A DNA stretch of 64,000 nucleotides from Mobula hypostoma (lineage: Eukaryota). Every line of letters starts with the position of its first letter. Position 1 is the first letter of the stretch. The stretch covers positions 58,654,001-58,718,000 of the forward strand of contig NC_086097.1 of assembly GCF_963921235.1 (NCBI RefSeq), written 5' to 3'. Shown piece after piece: positions 49,790 through 61,205 of this stretch. Below the pieces are notes generated by a model. That model was not told the origin of the DNA and did not search any database. It saw only the letters and a list, made by a program, of their open reading frames with translations. Position numbers and translations under genes: made by a program.

Positions 49790-51680
49790 GTACACAGAAG
49801 GTGGAACAGTACACCACAGTACAGGCCCTTCAGCCCATAATGTCATAGTAACCTTTTAAGCTTCTCCAAGATTAATCTCGCCCTTCCATCCCATATTGCC
49901 CTCCATTTTTTTTAATCCATGTGGCTAACTTAAGAGTCTCTTCAATGTATCTGCCTCTACCATTAACCCTGGCAGTATTTTCTATGCACTTACCACTCTT
50001 TGTAAAAACCTTCCTCTGACATCCCCCTATACATGCCTCCAATTACCTTAAAATTATGCCCTCTCGTACTAGCCATTGCTGCTCTGGGATAAAAGCACTG
50101 GCTGCCTGCTCTATCTATGCCTCTTATCATCTCACACACCTCTATCAAGGCATGTCACCTCCTCCCTAGCTCCAACAAGAAAAGTCCTAGCTTTTGCAGA
50201 CATGCTCTCTAATCCAAACACCATCCCGGTAAAACTCCTCTACATCCTTTCTGAAGCTTCCAGAGGTGACCAGACCTGAACACAATACACCAGAATTTTA
50301 CAGAGTTTCCATATTTCCATGTAGTTCTTGAACTCAATTCCCCTGGCTAATGAAGCCCAATACACTGTACACTTTCTTAACCACCCTTTCAACTTGTATA
50401 ATAACTTGAAGGGAACGATGGATGTGTAGCTGAAGATCTCTCTGTTCCTCCATGCTGCTAAAAATCCAGCGATTAACCTTTTAATCTGCCTTCAAGTTCA
50501 ATCTTCCAAAGTGTATCACCTTAAATTTCTCTGGATTGAACAACATCTGCCATTTCTCAGCCCAGCTCTCCATCATATCAATGTCCTATTGTAACCTACA
50601 ACAACCTTCTACATTATTCACACCACCATCAACCTTTGTGCCATCTGTCAACTTACTAACCCACTCTTCCACTTCCTCATCTAAATCAATTATAATAATT
50701 ACACTGAGTGATCCCAGAACAGATCCCTGTGGAACACCACTAGTCATGGAACTCCAGGCAAGATATGCTCCGTCTGGGATAAACCTCTGCTTTCTGAAGG
50801 CAAGCCAATTCTGAATCCATGCAGCCAAGTATACCTGGATCCCATTCCTCCTGACTTTCTGAATGACTCTGCTATGGAATACCTTGTCAAATACCTCAGT
50901 AATATCCTTAAATATCACATCCACTGCTCTACTTTCATCAGTTTGTTTTGTTATTTCCTCTAAGAAGTCAATCAAGATTATGAGACTGACCTGTCCCTTA
51001 CAACGCCTTGCAGACTATCCCTAATTCGACTATGCTTCTCCAAATGCTTGTAAATCCTGTCTCAAAGAATTCTCTCCAATAGTTTTCCCATCACTGATGT
51101 ACAATTCACTGGTCTACAATTCTCAGAATTATTCCTATTACCTTTCTTGAACAAAGGAATCAAATTTGCCACAATCCAGTCTTTTGGTCCGACTCCTGTG
51201 TGCAGTGAGGGGTATCACCAAAGGCGCACCAATCTCTTCCCTCGCTTTCCAGAGTAATCTGCGGTATATCCCACCTGACCCTAGGGACTTAATTATCCTA
51301 ATCTTTTTTTTCAAAAGTTCCAATACATCCTTTTTCTTAACCTTGACATGTTTCAGCACATTTGCCTGTTCTACACTGACCTTCCGTTCATCAAGGTCCT
51401 CTCACTGTGAATACTGAAGCAAAGTATTCATTAAGGGCTTCCTCTACCTCCTTTGATACCAGACCCTTTTATCCCTGATTGGTCCAACCTCACTCTAGTC
51501 ATCCTCCCGTTCTTCATGTACATGTAGAACTCCTTGGGGTTTTCCATAATCCTACTTGCCAAGGCCTTCACATGTCCCCTCCTAGCTCTTCTAAGTCCAT
51601 TTCTAAGCTTCTTCTTCATGAGCTTGTAACTCTCCAGAGTGCTGCCTGACCCTTGCTTCCTAAACCTTACGTATGCTTCA
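49790..51680 (-). mobile_element. Decayed CR1 LINE
   Basis: RAVDVIFKD..FDKVFH..SGVPQGSVLG..KLTDGTKV, plus a CR1 3' end. Confidence 0.9.
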
Positions 51681-52420
51681 GTAAAGCAGCCAGCATAACC
51701 AAAGACCCCACCTATACCGGACACACTCTCTGCTCCCCTTTCCCATTGGGCCGAAGAAATAGAAGCTTGAAAGCATGTAACACCAGGATCTAGGACAACT
51801 TCTACCCCAATGTTATGAGACTATTGAATGGTTCCTTGGTACGATAAGATAGACTCCCGACTTCTCCATACATCATTATGATTTTGCACCTTACTGTCTA
51901 CATACACTACACTTTCTCTGTAGCTGTTATACTTTATTCTGCTTTCAGTTATTGTTTCAGCTTGTACTACCTCAACACACTGTGTAATAAATTGATCTAT
52001 AAGAATGATATGCAAGCCAAGTTTTTCATTGTATAGTACATGTGACAATTGTAAAACCAATTCCAATACAAATTTTAGATTGGAGGAAGCAAGGCTGTCT
52101 GTAATTATTAATGGTGTTGAGGCCAATTAGGAGTGCATTATGCTTTATATACTCAGTCTCCAATGTACTCTATGACTGCATGCAGTTTTACTGATGCTTA
52201 CCAAGGCATAGACTGCTGATCTTACAATCTACTGCACCAATGTCTCACACCTTATTGTCTACCTGCACTGCACTATCTCTGGAACTCTAACACTTTATTT
52301 TGCATCCTGGTATTGTTTTCCTTGTACCACCTCAATTCACTGTTGTATTGAAATGACAACATGATCTGCGTGGATGGAATGCAAACAAATTTATTACTGT
52401 GCCCCTGTACACAACCCAAT
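51680..52420 (+). mobile_element. Two Rex1/L2-type 3' fragments
   Basis: HPPIPGH.L..PF-like ORF end, followed by TGCAC/TTTATT-rich UTRs similar to 60780-61200. Confidence 0.65.
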
Positions 52421-52424
52421 TTAC

Positions 52425-53030
52425 TTTAAGGATGCCATCCCTTTCTCTCAATTTTCCCATTTTGATAGTAATTTTTCTTGGAAATGGTACTTCGCAGGAA
52501 TTCTGAAATGTACTGCGTTGTCAGGAAATATGGCTCCCCCCCACTGCAATCAATGCAGCCCTCACTCACATCTCCTCCATTTAGCAGGTATCTGTTCCCA
52601 CACTACCTCCTATTAGGCAGAACATAGAAAGAGACCCCTTGTCCATACTTCTTATCCAGCCACCTTCACGTTCAGTACATCACCCTTCAACTCTTTTGCC
52701 AGCTGCAATGGGATCACACCGCTAGCCAGAACCTCCCCTTCCCTCACTTGCTGCTTTCCACACGGATCAATCCTTCCATGGTTCTATCTGCCCACAATTC
52801 CTCCCTTACCTGGTTCCACTTCACACTTTCCAGCCTTGGTTTTGATCCCTCACCTACCCGGCTCCCATTTCATCTGGTTCCATCTATCAGCTACCAGTCT
52901 CTATCCCACCCTCCTTCTCACAGCTTTATACTATCCACACCCTCCTGATACACGTTGCAACCTGAAATATTGCCCATTCATTTGCCCCCACAGATGCTGC
53001 TTGTTCTGCTGAATTCTTTTAGAGGTTTGC
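52425..53030 (+). mobile_element. Penelope-like element remnant
   Basis: KDAIPFSQF, then a degenerate PLV..HVQYITLQLFCQLQWDHT..PSLAAF stretch typical of the PLE post-RT region; it ends in a degenerate terminal repeat CCTGAT..CCTGAAA..CACAGATGCTGC. Confidence 0.75.
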
Positions 53031-53031
53031 T

Positions 53032-53147
53032 TTTTTTTAGATTATGAGGACACTCAGTCCTCGTTCATTGTCATTTAGAAATGCATGCATGCATTATGAA
53101 ATGATACGATGTTCCACCAGAATGATATCACAAAAAAAGGACAAACT
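53032..53147 (-). mobile_element. 5'-truncated copy of the 46552-47177 family 3' end
   Basis: The reverse complement matches 47065-47177. Confidence 0.8.
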
Positions 53148-54439
53148 CTAGCTCTACCCAGCTGCAACACTCTGCTACCTTGTAGAAAAATAAGGATCTT
53201 GCAAATACATTTGAGACTTGTTGAATGATCAATGGAAAATAGGACAAGAGGAAGTAAAAACATTAGCTGTGTAAATGTTTGAGAAAGGGTATAGATGTGC
53301 ACTTACTGGAGTTCCTGCAAAGTACGTTAGGCCTGGTCAGCAAAGAGAGAATTCCGGTGTCAGTTCCGTATGTGATTAAGATTTTGTCATCAGTAGTAGC
53401 CAAATTGCAGAAATATGGAAAGATGCTGACTTGGATACTTACATTGGCTGAACGATTATCAGCTTGAGGTTGAGCATAAGGACAAGATCTGCATCACTGA
53501 GTTCAGCCTGCAGGCAAAGGAACTAAGGGAGTTTGAAGGAGAATATTAACTTCCATTTAAATGGAATCTAAAGATTGTATAACATCCAAGAATCTCCAAT
53601 TCAGTGTTGTCAAACAAAAATTTCAACTGAGCCATATAAAATGTCACACAGCACTTTTTTTTCAAAAAGTGACAAACTGAATATGCTGTAAATCCAGAAG
53701 TAAAAGAAAAAACTGAAAATACTCGGCAGCAGTTCCGGTCTAAGAGCAAAGAATGCTGGGCGTGGTTGGCAGGCCGATCTGTAATGATGATGATAGCTTT
53801 GAATGAAATTGCCCTTACACTTGCTGCATCTTCTGGGAGTAGAATATATAGTATATCAGAACGTAGGGAGATGATGCTGATGGAGCCATACCAACTCGAA
53901 GGTAACATCTTAATAAGAAAGCCTTCTTTATGAGATGGAACACAGCTAATTCTGAATATCAGTGGGAAGTCCCATGCAAGATTTTCAAACAGCTGTCAGC
54001 TCCAAGAGAAGAATGCAGACTAGAACAATGGAATTGTTTATGTCACTAATTTCAAGCTATTCCTTCGTGTGATACAGATCAGGAAATCGAAGTGTCTGAA
54101 GAGCTGCATGATGTAGCTCATCAGAATCACCATAGCAACACACTCACTCATTGCTTTTACTCAGCAAGAAGGATGCAAGAAACAGGAGCCATTACCCCTC
54201 AGAGAGCTACAAAAGATTAGTCTCACATTCCAATTCAGACAGAGTCAAATAGCTGAACTTAAGGCCTTGAACCTTATAACTAATTTAAAGCAGATGAAAC
54301 ACAGCAATATGCCATTGATTTCCTTTCATGGCTGCCTTAAAATAAACAGACAGAGAGAGGTTTTTGTCTGGTGACCTTTAAATGTAATTACAGTCTGACG
54401 AGATAGTTCAGAACAATGCGGTTTCCCAGCAAACTATAG

Positions 54440-54830
54440 GGTCCACCCTCATTGACACCCTCGGCCAGTGCAAAGTCAAAAAAGGCATTTACCAACTGAA
54501 CAATAAGACTCCAGGAGCAGATGGTTTCCCTATTGTAGTTGAAAATTTTCGGTACAAATTTACAACTTCATCTCACAGTTTTGTGAAGGAGAAGATGTGC
54601 CAAGTGATCATGATCATCTACCAGAAAGAAGACAAATCCAAGTGCAGAAACCACAGTTGGTTCTCCCAACTGTTTGCAATAGGGGAAGTCATCGCCAGGG
54701 TCCTCCTCAACCACTTTCTCCCACTGGCCAAGCGGTTGCTCAATGATTTCAGTTTGAATTTGTCTGTAAGCCACACGGGCATCACTGAATGCCAACTTCA
54801 TGAGGAATTCAAGGAGCATCACTACCCATG
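54440..54830 (+). mobile_element. Old RTE/BovB-like RT fragment
   Basis: NNKTPGADGFP..KEDKSKCRNH..IGEVIARVLLNHFLPLA. Confidence 0.75.
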
Positions 54831-56842
54831 GAAGAGCAGTCTGCTGGACTTTCTCAGTGGATTGATCACTGTCTGTTGGAGGAGGAGGAATTGAATTATC
54901 CATGTTTCAGACCAAAACCCTGCAACTGGACTCTCATGTCTCCATTGATCTCACGTATCCTAATCTCCTGGATCAGTACATCATGAAGGACCTTGCTGAG
55001 TGCTTCATTGAAGTGTTTCCTTTTCCCCGGTTAGGAGATTCTGCAGCTAGAGGGTTTAAAATGAGAAGGAAAAGTTTTCCGTGCTGGTGGAGAGCCTGAG
55101 TGAGGGCAGGTAGGTAAATACATTGAAAGGACGCTACCTGAAATATTCTCGCAGGCTACTTTGGGCTTGCTCAGGGGTTTCTCTTTAAACTGTTACAGCT
55201 GGAGAATATGCAGCACTTGTAAAACTCAGTTTGTCAATGACTGTTGGGCTGCATTAGTTAAACAATAGGTGCTTCACCAAATCACCTGAATAAGGCAATG
55301 CAGATTTATGGAGATCTCACGAGAATTGGTCTAATGGCCATTCTCAGTAATTGACTTTGGACCAAGGTAATTCCTTTCAGTATGGAAGCATTGTGAAAAC
55401 TATCATAATTTATAGGCAGTATCATACTGCTGACTAACTAATAATCTGTGCAGGGTGCAACCACCTTTGCAAAGTGATGATATAATGCTCCATTTTTATC
55501 CTAGCAACTTGTGTGCCTCAGCATTTTGTTGTTAACTTTTTATCAGTGGCTGACTTTGTGGGCTCTAATGTAATGGCTGAATGTCATACTGGACGGATGT
55601 GTTTGATATGCATTTAAAATAGTACAGTATTCAATTAATATGTTATAACTAGAAAGAAAAGTGGACATAAACCGTGTGCTCACAAACCATTGAAAATTTA
55701 ATGAATTAAAGACAAGTGAAGACTGAACAAATAACGTTCCACCACAGAATCTGTGTCGTGAAGTCATATGTTCATGGCAAAAGTCATGAATGTGTTTTCC
55801 TTGGTGAAATGCAAAGGTGACGAGCAAAGATCTCAGGGATCTGCACCAGATTCGGTTGGCAAGTTTTGTTGGGTGTGAGTTCTGTTAGTCTCCTTCTTTG
55901 TCAGATCCTCATCACTATCCTGCAAGGCTGCACATTACATCTTTCTCAAAGCAAATGTGCCACATGGCTGATTTAAAAATATAGTGCACAACATTGCTGT
56001 AAGATTTAAGTTAACATGAAGCCAACAGAGAATATAATTTCCAATTACTTGTCGTTGCTCAGCAGGAGTCAGAACATAAAATTGAAATACCATGCCTGCT
56101 GCTGGAAAACTAAAACGAAAACAGGAAATGTTGGAAATATTAAGTCAGCCACCATCTGTGGAGTCAGGAGCAAGAATTTCCTTGATTAACAATGGCTATT
56201 TAATGTTTTGTCCTTTGAGGAAGATAAGAAACAGAGAGAAAGTATGTTGGCACTTATTTATTGATACTTGCACATCTTGTACTGTGGTTCCTGCAAGAAA
56301 TATACTCACAAGGGTCTCTTAAAGTGTCGAAATGGTGGGAGTGAATGAAACTCATGGTAAAATGAATACATCTGAAGGTTTCTGAACAGAGTAAATGGGT
56401 TTTGGCCCTTCCAAACTTTATTATGAGTGTGATCATAATATTTCCTCAACCTTCCTTGAAACTACAGCATAAAATAAGTCAAAAAGTTATTAGAATCTTA
56501 GTTTCATCTCGTAGTGAAACCTTATCTTCCAAAAAAAACATTCTATCTTTAATTTCTTTAACTGCATACCAGCTAAGTGTGCCTGGCCATGTCAGATAAG
56601 GTGTGGTACCCTGCAGACTCCACAGATGGGACACTGTACAGTTACTAGGTGATCATATGTAGTAATCATAATATCCAGTTATATTAGCAAGTTAAAGGCT
56701 AACAAATTCTCACCCCTATGAAGGGCCAATTGCTTCATTATTACAGTATTTTCACCAAAGTAAACCAAATAGACTGTGGTCTGTTCTAGGCTTTATGACT
56801 GGCTGCTGCTTGAAATGAAGCCATTGTTCATAAATGTACAAT

Positions 56843-57132
56843 GAGGGGATAACTTCACTTGCCCCATCACTGAAATGTTCCCACAACCTAAGGACTCACT
56901 TTCAAGGACTCCTCATCTCATGTTCTAGATATTTATTGCTTATTTATAATTATTATTATTTCTATTTTTTTTCTTATTTACACAGTTTGTTGTCTTTTGC
57001 ATACTGGTTATCCACCCTGCAGTCTTCCATTGATTCTAGTTATTGAGTATGCCAGCAAGAAAACCGATCTCAGTGTTGTATACGGTGACATATTCTTACT
57101 CTGATAATAAATCTACTTTGAACTTTTGAACT
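56843..57132 (+). mobile_element. Rex1-type 3' UTR fragment
   Basis: Matches the 3' UTR at 1740-2011; ACTTTGAACTTTTGAAC tail. Confidence 0.8.
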
Positions 57133-57239
57133 CAGAACTCTACTTGGATAAAAATATCTTTGCAGGTAAGATGTAGCTCACTCAGGTTCACCGATTGACT
57201 ACATAAGACAGTGACTTGCAGCAGTTTGGTGATTTGACC

Positions 57240-60200
57240 CGGGGCCAATCAGTGATTGGGATTGATTGGCAAGAACAAATTAAAATACGGCAGGAGCATG
57301 TGGAGCAGCTATTGTTGGAGTGGACAGAGTTAGAGTGAGGATTTTGAGGCCTTAGCTCTTCAAGTTTGCAGCAGGAGAGGCTTCAGTCAGAGAAAGCGTA
57401 AAGCTGTGGGTAGATTTTTTCCCCCCATAGCTTATTTATTGTTTTCAATTCTTTATATTTGCTCAGTTAGAAGAGTGGGAAAGTAGGCAGGGTAGTTGAA
57501 TGCTCCTCTTGTGGAATGTGGGAAGGCAGGGAAACCTCCAGTGTCTCTGAGGACTACACCTGCGAGAAGTGCATCCAGCTACAGCTTCTAACAAACTACG
57601 TTAGGGAGTTGGAGCTGGAACTGGATGAAGTCTGGATCATTTGGGAGGCTAAAGGGATGATAGCTAGGACACATGGAGAGGTAGTTACACCCAAGGTGCA
57701 GAACTCAGGAAACTGGGTGACAGTCAGGAAGGAGGTTAAACAGCCAGAGCAGAGTATCACTGTAGCCACCCTCCTCGACAACAGGTATTCCACTTTGGAT
57801 AATGTTGGGCATGATGACCCTGCAGAGGAGAGTCACAGCGGCCAGCTCTCTACCACTGTGACTGGCTCAGTAACTCAGGAGGGAAGTGGGTGGGGAGGAG
57901 TCCAACTGTGGTGATAGAGGGTTCTTTAGTTAGGGGAACAGAAAGGAGGTTCTCTGGATGAGAATAAGATTCCTGGATGGTACGTTGCTTCCCTGATGCC
58001 AAGGTCCGGGACATCTCAGATCGAGTCTTCAGCATTCTTAAGTGGGAGGGTGAGCTTCCGGAAAAATGGTTGTGCGTGTAAATGCTGCGGCCTCTCGGGG
58101 GCCAACCAAAGGTGCTTTTAAAAATGTGTTTTTTAAAATCCAAAGATGAATCTACTCCATTGGGTACTACAGGGCTACTCCATCAGTGAGCTGCTCGTTG
58201 CTCGGGATAGCTGGACTGGTGTTGGAGGAGTCAGCCGAGGTGTCGAAGGGGCTGACCGTGATGTTGAGGGGGATGATTAGGATAGTGCAGAAGCTGACTG
58301 ATGTGTTGGAGGAGCTGGTTTGGGCTTGGAGGAATTGACCTGACTGCAGGTAGTGTTGCTGCCCGCTACTCCGAAGCATTGAAGTTGGTGCAGTATAACC
58401 ATGGGAGATTGCCTCAAACATATCGCTTGTGCTCTGTTGGACAGTGATAATGTAAGTTGCTGCAGGCCTGTTGCCCTTGTCTGGTGGAGGGGCAGTCAAT
58501 ATGAGAGCTGTGTAGCCTTGGTTGTAGTGAGGACTAGGTCTCAGGCCTTGGGCTTGCCTGCTGCTGCAGACCAAGTGAGAGATATGGAAGCACTACAGTG
58601 TATTGAGCTCAGCTGGGGCCTGCCCCTCTTCTGTCAGTGCTGCCTTCCTGTGTTTGAGCGGTGGAGTGGCAGGCTGGATTGTGTGCGTCTACACTCTGCT
58701 GAGAATCTGTACCATCAATTGCCAGACATTGTCGCTCAGGGTCTTGGACTATGTATACGTTTTTTTTGGAGTCAATATGCTTTCTTGCTTAGTATTTTGA
58801 TTTAAGCCACTCACTTTTTGAACTTTACTCCATATTTTTAAGGTTGCTTGCTATTTTGAATGTTTTTCACCTTGGCTCCAGAGAAACACTGTCTCGTTTA
58901 GCCGTATCTTTGTTTGAATGATAATTAAACTTGATTTGATTTGATTTGAATAGCCAGAGATCATGGTCCATATAGGTACCAATGACGTAGGTAGGGAGAG
59001 TGACGGGTTCTGTATTGGGAGTTCAGGGAGTTAGGTGCGAAGTTAGAGGGCAGAACCTCCAGCGCTGTGATCTCAGGATTACTACTCATGCTACGTGCTA
59101 GTTAAGCTATGAATAGGAAAATAATACAGTTTAACATGTGGCTAAGGAGTCGGAGAAGGTGGGTGAACATCAGATTTTTGGATCTTTGGGCTCTCTTCCA
59201 GGGAAGATGGGACCTGTACAGAAGAGAATGTTTGCACCTGAACTTGATGGGACTAATATTCTTGTGGGAGTTTGCTAGTGGTCTATGGGGTAGGAGGAGG
59301 TTAAACTTGAATTGCGGGGTATGGGAACCAGAATGGCAGAACAGACAGTAGACAGTTTGTGGAGACAGATGTTGTCAAGACCTCAGACAAAGTCAGGAGT
59401 CAGAAAGCTGAGCATGGTGTGAGTAACGTCCTGAGCTGCATATACTTCAATCTAAGAAGAATTGTAGGAAAGTCAGATGAGATCAGGTCATGGATCAACA
59501 CCTGGAATTATGAAGCTGTAGCCCTTAGCGAGACTTGGTTGCAGGAGGGGCATGACTGGCAGCTCAGTATTCTGGGGTTCCATTGATTTTTGGACGTGAC
59601 AGGGCGGGAGGGATAAAAGGAGGAGGGGTGAAGTTACTCATCAGGGAAAATGTCACGGCAGTATTCAGTCTGGATGGACTGGAGAACTCATCTTCTGAGG
59701 CATTTTGTCTGGAACTGAGGGCTAAGAAAGGTATGACCATGTTAATGGGATGATATTACACACCACCCAACTGTCAGAGGGATTTAAAGGAACAAATTTG
59801 TAGAGAAATCGCTGGCTGTTGCAAGAAACATAATGCTGTTCTAGTAGGTGATTTTAACTTTCCAGATATTGACTGGGAATCTCTTACTGTAAGATCCTAG
59901 ATGGGATAGAGTTTGTCAAGAAAGTGTTCAGGAAAATTTCCTTAATCGGTATGCACAAGTCCTAACAAGAGAGTTTGCGATGCTTGATCTGCTATTCGGG
60001 AATGAGACAGGGTAGGTGACAGAAGTTTGTTTAGCGGGACTAAACTCTTTGCATCTAGTGATTATAATGCCATTGGTTTCAAAGTAGATATGGAAAAAGA
60101 TATGTCTTGTATGCGGGTTAACATTCTAAATTGGAGAAAGGCTAATTTTGACGGTATCAGAAATGATCGGGCAAGTGTGGATTGGGGCAGGCTGTTTTCT

Positions 60201-60780
60201 GGGAAAGGTGTAGTTTGTAAGTGGGAGGCCTTCAAAAGTGAAATTTTGAGAGTACAAAGCTTGTATGTGCCTGTCAGGATAAAAAGTAAAGATAACAGGT
60301 TTTCAAGAGTTATTGAGGCTCTGCTTAAGGAAAAAAGGTGTGCAGCATGTAGGAACAAATAAGGGGCTTATGGAGTACAATGAATGGAAGAGAATACTTA
60401 AATAAGAGATCAGGAGGGCTACAAGAAGGCTTGAGATTGCCCTAGCAGACAAGGTGAAGGAGAATCGTTAGGGATTCTACCGACATGTTAAGAACAAAAG
60501 GATTGCAAAGGACAAAATTGATGCTCTGAAAGATTAGAATGGTAATCCATGTGTGGAGGAGATCCTAAATGATTTTTTTTGCATCTGTATTTACTGAGAA
60601 GATGGATACAGAGTCTATAGAAGTGAGGCAAAGGAGCAGTGAGGTCATGAACCCTATACAGATTACAAAGGAGGAGGTGTTTACTGTCTTGAGGGAAAAT
60701 TAGGGTGGATAAATCCCCAGAGCTGGAGGAGGTACTCCCTCAGACCCTGAGGGAGGCAAGTGCAGAAACTTCAGAAGTCC
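57240..60780 (+). mobile_element. Decayed CR1 LINE (5' UTR, ORF1, EN), 3'-truncated before the RT core
   Basis: ORF1 ECSSCGMWE..YTCEKCIQLQLL and HIGTNDVG; EN VALSETWLQ and GDFNFPDIDW. Confidence 0.9.
58056..58950 (+). mobile_element. ~0.9-kb unclassified retroelement with a (TTGAT)n tail, inserted in CR1 ORF1
   Basis: CR1 reads GGGAGGGTGAGC before it and AGCCAGAGATCATGGTCCA after it; the 3' end is ATTAAACTTGATTTGATTTGATTTGA. Confidence 0.8.
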
Positions 60781-61205
60781 AAAGGAAGTACTTTTGCAAG
60801 AAATACAAAAGCCTGAAAGCACACATTACAAGGCTGTGATAAAGACTACTGAATGGTCCCCTAGTATGGTAAGGATGAACTCTTGACCTCACATCCTACT
60901 CCATTATGGCCTTGCTGCTTATTGTCTGTCACACTGCACTTCCTCTGTAATTGTACCACTTTATTCTGAATTCTGTCAACACACATCAAAGTTGCTGGTG
61001 AACGCAGCAGGCCAGGCAGCATCTCTAGGAAGAGGTATGTACCAGCAACTTTGATGTGTGTTGCTTGAATTTCCAGCATCTGCAGAATTCCTGTTGTTTC
61101 TGAATTCTGTTATTGTTTTCCCTGGTACTATCTCAATGCAGTGATGTGATGAAATGAAGGATGGCATGCAAAACAAAGATGTTAGCTGATACATATAACG
61201 ATAAT
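60780..61205 (+). mobile_element. Rex1/L2-type 3' fragment hosting a palindromic insert
   Basis: Similar to 51760-52070 and 52230-52420. Confidence 0.7.
60977..61097. mobile_element. Young palindromic Penelope-derived element, centrally deleted, 13-bp TSD
   Basis: 23-bp arms at 60977-60999 and 61041-61063; TSD TTCTGAATTCTGT at 60964-60976 and 61098-61110; identical to the 29173 copy over the shared sequence. Confidence 0.92.

Noticed and set aside
53279..53908. ORFs in unique sequence
   Set aside because: They are short, have no motifs and are of lengths expected by chance.
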